Assembly (NCBI GenBank): GCA_031393955.1 | Contig: JANMWI010000097.1 | Span: forward strand, 15,702 to 79,701 | Direction of reading: 5' to 3' | Length of the DNA: 64,000 nt | Origin: Acidobacteriota bacterium | GTDB taxonomy: Bacteria > Acidobacteriota > Vicinamibacteria > Vicinamibacterales > 2-12-FULL-66-21 | In this document: in pieces, positions 9,787 to 18,644 of the stretch | Layout of the letters: each line of letters starts with the position of its first letter | Numbering within the stretch: position 1 is the first letter of the stretch | The notes under the pieces: model-generated | Seen by the model: the letters and a program-made list of their open reading frames with translations, nothing else | Database searches by the model: none | What the model was told of the DNA's origin: nothing | Translations under genes and position numbers: made by a program

Positions 9787-10716
9787 TCAGCCTTCCCTCT
9801 CCACCCGCGTTCCCCCCGAATAGATATTGAACCGGCCGTCGCGGACGAAGCCGAGCAGCGTCAGATCGAAGCGCTGCGCCAGTTCGACCGCCAGGCTCGA
9901 CGGCGCGCCGACCGCCGCGAGGACGGCGATGCCACCCATCAGCGCCTTCTGGACGAGCTCGAAGCTGGCCCGTCCGCTGACCAGCATGACGACATCGTGC
10001 CGAGGCAGAAGGCCGGCGAGGAACTGCGAGCCGATGACCTTGTCGACGGCGTTGTGACGGCCGACGTCCTCGCGGAGCGCCACCAGCCGGCCGTCCGGCG
10101 TGAACAGCGCGGCGGCGTGCAGGCCGCCAGTCGACTCGAAGACGCGCTGCGCATCGCGCAGCACCGCCGGCAGACGGCCGACCACGCCCGGGTCGATGGC
10201 CGGCTGTCCGGAGGGCAGGGGCCGGGTGCAGGAGAACTCGAGCGCCTCGATGGACGTCTTGCCGCAGACTCCGCAGCTTGACGAGGTGTACGAGTGACGC
10301 TCGATACGCGGCAGGTCGAGCCTGACCGACGGATGGAGCTCGACGCGGATGACGTTCCGCAGCCCCGGCGCGGCCGGCCGGCCACAGGGGGCGATCGACA
10401 GGATGTCGGCCGGATCGCGGACGATCCCTTCGGCAAGGAGAAATCCCGCGGCGAGATCGCCGTCGTCTCCCGGCGTCCGCATCGTGATGGCCAGGCTGCG
10501 CCGCGCCCGCTGGCCGTCCAGCTCGTAGTCGAGGCGAATCTCGAGCGGCTCCTCGATCGCGACCGCGTCGAGCGCATCGGTGCGTGCGGCGGCGCTGACC
10601 CGCTCTACCGCCAGTCGCGCGATTCCTTCGCCGCGCGATTCAGCGAGAGGGGCGCTCCCGGCGTTCGCATCCCCCGCCCGCGCACTGACGATCGGGATGA
10701 GCCGCGGCTCGCTCAC
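9787..10716 (-). CDS. fdhD: Formate dehydrogenase accessory sulfurtransferase FdhD
   Basis: Contains ...HSYTSSSCGVCGKTSIEALE...GGLHAAALF...EDVGRHNAVDKVIG...GRASFELVQKA, the typical FdhD sequence. I prefer GTG 10716 (VSEPRLIP), which overlaps the upstream stop as GTGA. The N-terminal extension in the 533-aa track ORF is Arg/Gly junk. Confidence 0.85.
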   Translation of the reverse strand: MSEPRLIPIVSARAGDANAGSAPLAESRGEGIARLAVERVSAAARTDALDAVAIEEPLEIRLDYELDGQRARRSLAITMRTPGDDGDLAAGFLLAEGIVRDPADILSIAPCGRPAAPGLRNVIRVELHPSVRLDLPRIERHSYTSSSCGVCGKTSIEALEFSCTRPLPSGQPAIDPGVVGRLPAVLRDAQRVFESTGGLHAAALFTPDGRLVALREDVGRHNAVDKVIGSQFLAGLLPRHDVVMLVSGRASFELVQKALMGGIAVLAAVGAPSSLAVELAQRFDLTLLGFVRDGRFNIYSGGTRVEREG

Positions 10717-11711
10717 GCGGACGGCGCCCACCCCGCGCCCGGTTCCGTCGCCCGCGCCGCGTCGTGCCCCGCGACCGGATTCCTCGCCGAGATCGGCCCG
10801 GCGTGCACCAGCGCCCACTTGAGCGCCAATCCACCCGCGACAGTACACACCGCTCCCGCCATCGTCGCGGCCCGCCGCGGGCCATGGCGCCTGGATGCGA
10901 GCGCCCGTGCGATCGTTCCGCCGGCCAGCCCGATCGCGACCGCGCCGCCCCAGAAGACGCGCGCGTACTTGCCGGTCGTGACTGGTTCGGCGGCGTCCCC
11001 GGCCGACACCAGGTACGCCGCCAGCGCCGCGGTCTCGGCGCCCGCCGCCAGCTGCTCGATGCGATGCATCCGCCGCAGGCCGCGCCCGCCTCGTCTCCCG
11101 CCCGCCGCGAGCACGAACGACACGACCGCCGCCGCTGCGCTCATCGAGCTGCAGGCGAGCAGCGCCCCGAGCATGCGCGTCCTCGACCACACGGGTGTGC
11201 TGGTGGTCGAGAGCAGCACGCCCGGATAACTGAGCATCGTCAGTGCCGCCGGAAGCCCAACCAGGGCGAGCGGCGTGACGGGGAGCAGGCGGGTGGCGCG
11301 CGCCATGGACGACGACTCCGCGGTTGGCGCCGCCCATTGCTTCAGTGCCAGCAGCCCGACCGGGACCGAGTAGGCGCTCAGTGCCCACGCGCCGGTGTTC
11401 ATCGGCGAGGACGGCTTGAAGACGCGGAGCATGTGGTGGAACCGCTCCGGACGACCGAGGTCCGCGACGAGCAGCGGCGGACAGGGGATCAGCGCCGCGA
11501 GCGCGATGTAGTCGGCCGCCGCGATCGTCTCGGCGTCGCGCTCATCGCCGGTCAGCCGCGCCATCGCGCCGAGAATGAACGCGCCGGCGCTGATGCCCTC
11601 GAGGAGGAAGTACCAGGCGATCTCCCAACCCCAGACCGGCTCCTTCAGCAGCGGCAGGCCGTAGTAGCCCGGTCCGCCGGCCGGCGGCGACGAGGGCATC
11701 ACTTCGTCCAC
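10713..11711 (-). CDS. NrfD/PsrC-type polytopic membrane subunit (FDH membrane anchor)
   Basis: GYYGLPLLKEPVWGWEIAWYFLLEGISAGAF...LIPCPPLLVADLGRPERFHHMLRVFKPSSPMNTGAW is typical of the NrfD family. The gene lies in the operon between the Fe-S subunit and fdhD. Confidence 0.8.
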   Translation of the reverse strand: MDEVMPSSPPAGGPGYYGLPLLKEPVWGWEIAWYFLLEGISAGAFILGAMARLTGDERDAETIAAADYIALAALIPCPPLLVADLGRPERFHHMLRVFKPSSPMNTGAWALSAYSVPVGLLALKQWAAPTAESSSMARATRLLPVTPLALVGLPAALTMLSYPGVLLSTTSTPVWSRTRMLGALLACSSMSAAAAVVSFVLAAGGRRGGRGLRRMHRIEQLAAGAETAALAAYLVSAGDAAEPVTTGKYARVFWGGAVAIGLAGGTIARALASRRHGPRRAATMAGAVCTVAGGLALKWALVHAGPISARNPVAGHDAARATEPGAGWAPSA

Positions 11712-11712
11712 G

Positions 11713-12537
11713 TTACCGTCCTTTCCTGAAGATCAATGCCGAGGCGACGGTGAGCGCAATCGAAGCCCCGAAACTCAGCAGGTAGTTAGTACGCAGATGG
11801 GCGCCGGGACGCTGCGGCGCCTCCGGCAGGTTGTAGACGCCGGGCGCGTCCTTGAGCAGGAAGAACGCGTTCAGCGCGCTGTACTCCGTCGTCGGCTCGG
11901 CACCGTAGAGGTACGCGTCGGTCTCGCCGCGGCCGTGGAGCTGCTCGACGCGGGCTCGCGCCGTCTCGCGGAGCTGGCTGATCGGACCGAACTGAATGGA
12001 TTCGGTCGGACACGCCTTGGCGCATGCCGGCGTCATGCCGTCCTTCTGCCGGTCGTAACAGAGCGTGCACTTGTGGGCGCGGCCGTCCTCTTTATCGCGG
12101 CCGATGACGCCGAACGGACAAGCGGCGACGCAGTAGCCGCAGCCGTTGCAGACCTCTTCCTGGACGTAGACGTTGCCGAACTCGTTGTAGATCAGCGATC
12201 CGGTCGGACAGGCTTCCTGGCAGGGCGCCTCGACGCAGTGCTTGCAGACGTCGCTCATCATCAGCCAGCGCGGCGGCGCGCCGGCGTCGCGGTCCATCTG
12301 CTCGACGAAGGCGACATGGCGCCAGGTCGTGCCCGACAGCGCCGAGGTGTTGTCGTAGCTGTGCCCGGTCCACTTGAAGCCGTCCGACGGCAGCTGATTC
12401 CACTGCTTGCAGGCGACCTCGCAGGCCTTGCAGCCGATGCACACGGTCGTGTCGGTGAAGAAGCCCATCTCCTCCTGCGCCGCCGGCGGCTCGGGGAGCT
12501 TCCACACGTCAGCGAGCTTGCCGAGCTGGTCGATCAT
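11713..12537 (-). CDS. Formate dehydrogenase iron-sulfur (4x[4Fe-4S]) subunit with C-terminal TM anchor
   Basis: From ATG 12537 (MIDQLGKLADVW). Cys clusters: CIGCKACEVACKQWN, CKHCVEAPCQEACP, CNGCGYCVAACP, CTLCYDR...PACAKACP. C-terminal helix LLSFGASIALTVASALIF. ATGA overlap with the alpha-subunit stop. Confidence 0.88.
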   Translation of the reverse strand: MIDQLGKLADVWKLPEPPAAQEEMGFFTDTTVCIGCKACEVACKQWNQLPSDGFKWTGHSYDNTSALSGTTWRHVAFVEQMDRDAGAPPRWLMMSDVCKHCVEAPCQEACPTGSLIYNEFGNVYVQEEVCNGCGYCVAACPFGVIGRDKEDGRAHKCTLCYDRQKDGMTPACAKACPTESIQFGPISQLRETARARVEQLHGRGETDAYLYGAEPTTEYSALNAFFLLKDAPGVYNLPEAPQRPGAHLRTNYLLSFGASIALTVASALIFRKGR

Positions 12538-15500
12538 CTGAACTGTCCCTCGGGCTGGTCGGACTCGGGCGTCTCGGGCGCCCGCTCGCGCGTCGGCCGC
12601 GGCGCCACCGCGACCGGCTGCGACGGCGCTGACGCCGGCAGCCGCCCGGCCCGGACGTTGCAGGTGAACGCTTTCGCCTCGTGCATGCTGACGTTCGGAT
12701 CGGCGACGATCAGCGTCAGGTCGTTGGCGATCGAGCCGACGGTTTCGCCGGCGAATCCCCAGTGGAACGGGATGCCGATCTGGTGCAGCGTCCGGCCGGC
12801 GACGGTCAGCGGCCGCATCCGGCGCGTCACCATCGCGCGCGCTTCGATTGCGCCGCGCCGGTTGACGACCACCAGCCAGCCGCCATGGACGATGCCGCGA
12901 TCGGCGGCGAGCTCGGGGCTGATCTCGACGAACATTTCCGGCTGCAGTTCGTTCAGCCACGAGTTGAAACGGCTCATCGGCCCGCTCAGGTAATGCTCGG
13001 TGAGCCGGTAGGTGGTCGCGACGATCGGGTACGCCGGGTCGAGCGGCGGGGCGCACTCGTTCAGCGCGGTGTCGTAGCGTTCGACCACCGGGTTGGCCTG
13101 CTGCCGGTAGAGCGGATTGGCAACCGGCGATTCGACCGGCTCGTAGTGCGTCGGCAGCGGGCCGTCCTTGGTGCCGGCCGGTGCGTACAGCCAGCCCTTG
13201 CCATCCGGCTTCATGATAAACGGGGAGTTCCCGGCAATCGACGCCATGCCGTGCGCACCCTTGGCGGGGCGGTAGGTTGGCGCCTTGTCCGGCTCGAAGT
13301 CAGGTTCGTCGAAGCCGGTCCAAGTGCTCCGCGCCTCGTCCCACCAGACATATTTCTTACGATCCGACCATGGCCGGCCGTCGGGATCGGCAGAGGCCCG
13401 GTTGTAGAGCATCCGGCGATTGTGCGGCCAGGCGAAGCCCCAGTTCGGGTCGACATAGTTCCCGGGTGTGCGCCGGCGATCGGCGGCGCGGTTGTGATCG
13501 ACTGAAGGAAACACGCCGCTGTAGATCCAGCAGCCGCACGCGGTCGAGCCGTCGGCTTCGAGATCGGAGAAGCCACTGACCTGCGTGCGATCGGCAACGC
13601 GATAGCCGTTGATCTCCATCAGGACCTTGCGGGTATCGGGCTCGTCCGTGATCCGACTGGTCTGGCCGTCGGCGAGCACGAACGGTCCGTCCGGGTCGTA
13701 GTTCCACGTCAGATTCAGCAGTCCCTGGTCGCGCGTCTCGGTCGAGCCGGCGTAGAGCGCCTTCAGGCGCTTGCCGAGGTGATACACGAACCACAGGTCC
13801 GAGCGGCAGTCGCCCTGCGGATCGACGGCGCGGTCGTGCCACTGCAGCAGCCGCTGGGTATTCGTGAAGCAGCCTTCCTTCTCGGGCGACGAGGCTGCCG
13901 GCATGAAGAACACCTCGGTGCCGATGGTTGCTGGATCGGGGTGCTCGGGGCCGTCCTTCCAGAACGACGCGCTCTCGATCTCGAACCAGTCGCGCACCAC
14001 CAGCCAGTCGAGCCGCCGCAGCGCCGCGCGGTTGAGCGCGCCATTGGGCGCGCCGGCAGCAGGGTTCTGTCCGAACAGGAAGAAGCCCTTGACCTTGCCG
14101 TCGGCCATCCGCATCGCCGTCGCCAGCTGCGAGTAGTTGTCGTCGATGCGCGGAATCCAGCCGAAGCCGAAGTCGTTGTCTTTCGTGGCCGCGTCGCCGT
14201 ACCACGCCTTGAGCAGGCTGATCATGAACTTCGGGAAGTTCGACCAGTAGCCGTGCGGGACGTGTTCCTGATCGAGATAGCTGTGCAGCGAGGTGTGGTT
14301 GCGCAGGCTGGACGGCTGCGGGAGGTAGCCGGGGAGCAGGTCGTAGAGCGTCGGGATGTCGGTCGAACCCTGGATGCTGGCGTGGCCGCGCATCGCCATG
14401 ATGCCGCCGCCGGGGCGGCCCATGTTGCCGAGCAGCAGCTGCAGGATGCCGGCGGCCCGGATCGTCTGCACCCCGGTGGTGTGCTGCGTCCAGCCGACCG
14501 CATAGACGATGGCGGACGTGCGTTCGCGGCCCGAGTTCTCGCACAGCGATTCGGCGACCTGGAGGAAATCCGCAGCGCTGCAGCCGGTCACCGAGGCGAC
14601 CATCTCCGGCGTGTATCGGGCGTAGTGGCGGCGCAGGATGTTCAGGACGCAGCGCGGATGCTGCAGTGTCGGGTCGGTCGGCGGCGGGACGTTTTCGATG
14701 AAGCCCAACCGCTCGCTGAACGATTCCGCCTTTACCTCCTTCGGGGTGTGGGTTTTCGAGGTCTCGGGCTCGCCGGCATAGTTCCACGCCGCCAGGCCCG
14801 GCTCGTAGCTCTTGGTGTCCGGATGGAAGCCGTTGAAGACGCCGTCGTTGTCCTCGGCGTCTACGAACGTGTCCGCGACGATCGTCGCGGCGTTGGTGTA
14901 GGCGAGGACGTAGTCGCGGAACCAGCGGTCGTGGGTCAGCACGTAGTTGATGAGGCCGCCGAGGAAGGCGATATCCGTCCCGGTCCGGACGGCGACGTAC
15001 TGTGTGGACATCGCCGACGTGCGCGAGAAATGCGGATCGACGTGGATGAGCTTGGCGCCGCGCTCCTTGGCGAGCATCGGGAAGCGGAAGCCCACGGGAT
15101 GCGCCTCCGCCATGTTCGACCCCATGATCAGGATGCAGTCGCTGTGCTGCAGATCCTGCTGGAAGCCGGTCGCCGCGCCCCGCCCGAACGAGGTGCCCAG
15201 ACCGGGCACCGACGCGCTGTGTCATATGCGGGCCTGGTTTTCGATCGAGACGACGCCGAGGCCACCGTTGAGGAGCTTCTTGATGAGGTAATTCTCCTCA
15301 TTGTCGAGCGTCGCACCGCCGAGCGCCGCGATGTTCGTGACGTGGTTGAGCACCGTCTCGCCGCGCCGCTCGACGAAGCCCGCGTCGCGCGTCTCCTTGA
15401 CCCGCTCGGCGATCCGCGCCATCGCCCAGTCCAGGGAGCGGTCCTCCCAGTGATCGGAGTAGGGCGGCCGGTATCTGACGGTCGTCACGCGGTGAGGATT

Positions 15501-15791
15501 CACCGACAGCTGGAAGGTGTTCGCCCCCTTCGGGCAGAGCGTGCCGGCATTGATCGGGCTGTCGGGGTTGCCCTCGATGTCGATGATCTTTCCGGCCTTG
15601 GTGTAGATCAGCTGGCCGCAGCCGACCGCGCAATAGGGGCAGACGCTGGGCGTCACGTGCGCCCCGCGCAGCCTCGACCCTTTGCCGGCGGTCGCCGGGG
15701 TGAAGGGCTGCCGATCGACCTCCCGCGCCGCCGCCGAGGGCTCGATCTCCGTGGACGTTCGCTGCCGGCTGAATCGATGTTGATCGCTCAT
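12534..15791 (-). CDS. Formate dehydrogenase catalytic (molybdopterin) subunit, selenocysteine-containing
   Basis: Track ORFs 15222..15791 and 12534..15209 are in the same frame, separated by UGA at 15224..15222. The context ...VSIENQARI-U-HSASVPGLGTSFGRGAATG... parallels E. coli FdnG ...DNQARV-U-HGPTV...FGRGAM. N-terminal Fe-S motif CPYCAVGCG. GGGAGG lies upstream of ATG 15791. Confidence 0.9.
15192..15210 (-). promoter_or_regulatory. Bacterial SECIS hairpin
   Basis: On the mRNA, 11 nt after the UGA, the sequence is GGUGCCC-GGUCU-GGGCACC. This is a perfect 7-bp stem with an apical GGUCU loop like the E. coli fdhF SECIS loop. Confidence 0.8.
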
Positions 15792-15861
15792 GCGCCTCCC
15801 GGTCTCGTGGACAGTACACCAACCTTCAGCAAGCCGCGGGCCAGCAGCGGCGAAGCCTCGG

Positions 15862-16683
15862 TCAGGCCGGTTTACCTTTCGTCACGATAGTCGCGAGCAA
15901 GTACCCGTGCCGGCGAACCGACGGGACGTGGCGATCGAGCCAGACGAATGGCCGGACCGCCGCCCCGGTGACGACCGACAGCGGCCGGCACCACGCGTGG
16001 CACGCCAGGTCGAGCATCCGGAGCCAGCCGGGAATGAACAGAATCGCGGTCTCGGAGACGACCGTGAGGCCCGATCGCTGCAGCATCGCCCGCAGCGCCG
16101 GCCGGCTATACGACTTCTCGAAGCCGTAGGCATACAGCCCGAGCGCCTGGAGCGCCGCGGCGAGCAGCGGCCTGAGGAACGGGTCGCGGCGGTTCGGCAC
16201 GCCGACGATCGCCCGCCCGCCCGGCTTCAGGACGCGCGCGATTTCCCGCACCGCCTGTTCCGTTTCGTCGAAGTGTTCGATCGTCCCCATCGAATAGACG
16301 ATGTCGAAGGCGTCGTCGAGAAAGGGAATGTCGCGCACGTCGGCGACGGCGCCGTGCAGCGGGGTGGTGCGGCTGAACGCGCCGCGCGCCTGACGGACCG
16401 TCGGTGGTGAGATGTCGATCCCGTAGACCGTGGCGCCGCGCTCGCCCGCCCACGCGAGAATACGGGTGTTGCGCGCTTCATCCCAGAGGTCGGTTTTGAA
16501 GACGCGCAATCCGGAAAGGGCCGGGCAGTGGTCCGTGAAGAGGCGGCGCTCGTTCTCGGCGTAGTAGCGGGTCGAGGCCGCGCCGCCGAGGTCCGGGAAC
16601 GTCGCCCCGACGCGGGCCCAGAACCGCCGGTAGGCGGATCCTTCGGCGTCGGGCGGCGCGGCGGACGTCGCGGCCGGATTCAT
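15862..16683 (-). CDS. Class I SAM-dependent methyltransferase
   Basis: From ATG 16683 (MNPAATS...), which overlaps the upstream stop as ATGA. ATVYGIDISPPTVRQA...DDAFDIVYSMGTIEHFDE...VLKPGGRAIVGVPN is a Methyltransf_11/25-like core. Confidence 0.75.
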   Translation of the reverse strand: MNPAATSAAPPDAEGSAYRRFWARVGATFPDLGGAASTRYYAENERRLFTDHCPALSGLRVFKTDLWDEARNTRILAWAGERGATVYGIDISPPTVRQARGAFSRTTPLHGAVADVRDIPFLDDAFDIVYSMGTIEHFDETEQAVREIARVLKPGGRAIVGVPNRRDPFLRPLLAAALQALGLYAYGFEKSYSRPALRAMLQRSGLTVVSETAILFIPGWLRMLDLACHAWCRPLSVVTGAAVRPFVWLDRHVPSVRRHGYLLATIVTKGKPA

Positions 16684-18644
16684 GGATGCGCGCCCTCGAC
16701 GCTCCAGTGCCATTCGCCGATCCGGAACGAGAGCGCCCGCGGATCGCCGTTGTGCAGCAGGGCGCCGGCCGATTCCGCCGGAGCCCCCGGGGCGAAGGCC
16801 AGCTCGTGGTCGCCTGGCAGCAGGAGGAACGGCCCCACCTGTTCGATGTGGCGGGCCTCGGCAACTGCGAGCGTTTGCAGATCGCGGCCGTCGAGCGTCA
16901 GCCGCAACCGACGAGTGCCGCGGAGCGTCGCCATCTCGATGCTGACGGCCGCGGCCACTGTCCGCCGGCTGGTGTTGCGGACGCGCCACGACGCTGTCTC
17001 CGTCATCCATCGCCACGTCCACGCCTGGTCGTATTCGCGCGGATAGAAACCGTTCATCTGCAGCGTATAAACCACCGGACGCGCCGCGATGACGGGAAAG
17101 ATGTCGGCCGTCGCAAATCGTACCGCAGGGCTGAAGCCGGCGATGGCGGACTGTCGGGCCAGCCAGCGCCCTTCCGGCGAGGTCCGCCGCATCAGCAGGT
17201 GCGTGTAACCGGCCGCCGCCAGTTTGCCGGCCAGCTCAGGCTCTGCGCAATCCTCGATTTGCGCCGCGACGAGCGACACGCGGCCGCCGCTCAGCCAGGG
17301 AACCGAGGCGGACTCCGGAGTAATCGGCGAGCAGTCAGCGGCCTGTACGGAACCCGGCTGCCGCACGACCCAGCGATGCGCCTCGGTCGGAAGAACGTCG
17401 CGCCACAGGTTTGATGGCCAGACCGCGTACTCCGCCGCCGCCAGCGCCACGAGCATCAGGCACGCCACCTGCCCGCGCCGTCCGCCTGACCGCCAGAGCA
17501 GCTCGGCGCCCATGCCCGCCAGCAGCGCCGCCATCAGCTGCACGACAATGCCAAACCGGGCGTAGGAACGGAACATTGGCACGAGCGCGAAGAGCGCGGC
17601 GGAGGGGCGGACCATCCTGATCGGCCCGATGCTGCGCTCCGGCGAGAGGGAGCAGAGGAGCGCCACAAGCGCGACCGCTGCGAGGACCGGCGCGGCGAGC
17701 AGGATTGGATCGCGGCGGCGACGCGCCGCTCCGGCCAGGGACACGAGGCCGAGCGCCACGATGCTCCAGCCGAGGCTGACCTGCTGCTCGAGCAGTCCGT
17801 CCTGCACGCCGGCCGACCGCCATAAATCCTGGACCCGTGACCCAATCCACGGGTGCGCGGCCGGCGGCATGAGGTAGCTCCACCACTTGGCGCTGTACAG
17901 GAACAGCTCCTCGCGCGCGATGGCGTAGCCGCCCGGCGGAAGCGCGCCGACGTGCGTCGCGTGCCACGCCCAGGCGCCGCCCAGCCCGGCGACCGCGACG
18001 AGGCAGGCCACAGTGATCAGCAACCGCCCGACGGGGCGCGGGCGGGTGGCTCGCGTACACCACCAGTAGCCGCCAAGCGCCCACGGCGTGATGACCGCCG
18101 CCATCAGCCCGCCGTAGAAATTCGACAGCGCGACCGCCGCTGCCGCGCCGGCGAGCAGCGCGAGCGCCCGCGCTGTCGGATTGTCCGCCGCTCGGAACAG
18201 GGCGAGCAGATAGAGCGGCAGCCACTGTGTCTGCGCGATGTGCGGATGATAGGCGGCCTGCGCGAGATGAAACGGGCAGAAGGCGAACGCCAGGGCGGCC
18301 AGCGCCGAGCCGGCCCGTGGCACGCCCAGATGACGTCCGAGCAGGAAAGCGGCGCCGGCCGCAAGCGGGAACGTCAGGAGGACGATCGCGTTGTAGGCGG
18401 CCACCGGACCGGCGACCCGTGCGATGAGCGCACCGGGCACGTCCGTGACCGGCTGGAAATATGGACCCGGGGTCAGCGGCCGTGCGAACTGCGCGATGAC
18501 GGTAAAGGGATCGTGGTGCCGGCCCACCAGCTCCCCGCCGAAGATGCGCTCCGCCGGCGCGCGCAGCACCGGTACGGCCAGGACGACGGTAATCGCGAGC
18601 GCGATCGCGACGATGCCGGCGGTCTCAGCGGCGCGCGCGGGCAT
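16680..18644 (-). CDS. Large polytopic membrane protein with extracytoplasmic C-terminal domain (GT-C/YfhO-like, function unknown)
   Basis: 654-aa ORF with many hydrophobic helices in the first ~420 aa (IVAIALAITVVLAVPVL..., AYNAIVLLTFPLAAGAAFLLG..., WLPLYLLALF...). The C-terminal ~200 aa are soluble-looking. The start overlaps the upstream gene by 20 nt. Confidence 0.7.
   Translation of the reverse strand: MPARAAETAGIVAIALAITVVLAVPVLRAPAERIFGGELVGRHHDPFTVIAQFARPLTPGPYFQPVTDVPGALIARVAGPVAAYNAIVLLTFPLAAGAAFLLGRHLGVPRAGSALAALAFAFCPFHLAQAAYHPHIAQTQWLPLYLLALFRAADNPTARALALLAGAAAAVALSNFYGGLMAAVITPWALGGYWWCTRATRPRPVGRLLITVACLVAVAGLGGAWAWHATHVGALPPGGYAIAREELFLYSAKWWSYLMPPAAHPWIGSRVQDLWRSAGVQDGLLEQQVSLGWSIVALGLVSLAGAARRRRDPILLAAPVLAAVALVALLCSLSPERSIGPIRMVRPSAALFALVPMFRSYARFGIVVQLMAALLAGMGAELLWRSGGRRGQVACLMLVALAAAEYAVWPSNLWRDVLPTEAHRWVVRQPGSVQAADCSPITPESASVPWLSGGRVSLVAAQIEDCAEPELAGKLAAAGYTHLLMRRTSPEGRWLARQSAIAGFSPAVRFATADIFPVIAARPVVYTLQMNGFYPREYDQAWTWRWMTETASWRVRNTSRRTVAAAVSIEMATLRGTRRLRLTLDGRDLQTLAVAEARHIEQVGPFLLLPGDHELAFAPGAPAESAGALLHNGDPRALSFRIGEWHWSVEGAHP

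Noticed and set aside
13357-15890. Long ORFs 13357..15225 (minus) and 13779..15890 (plus) across the FDH alpha gene
   Set aside because: They are alternative-frame and antisense shadows of a clearly homologous molybdopterin FDH gene, and their composition is low-complexity and Arg-rich.
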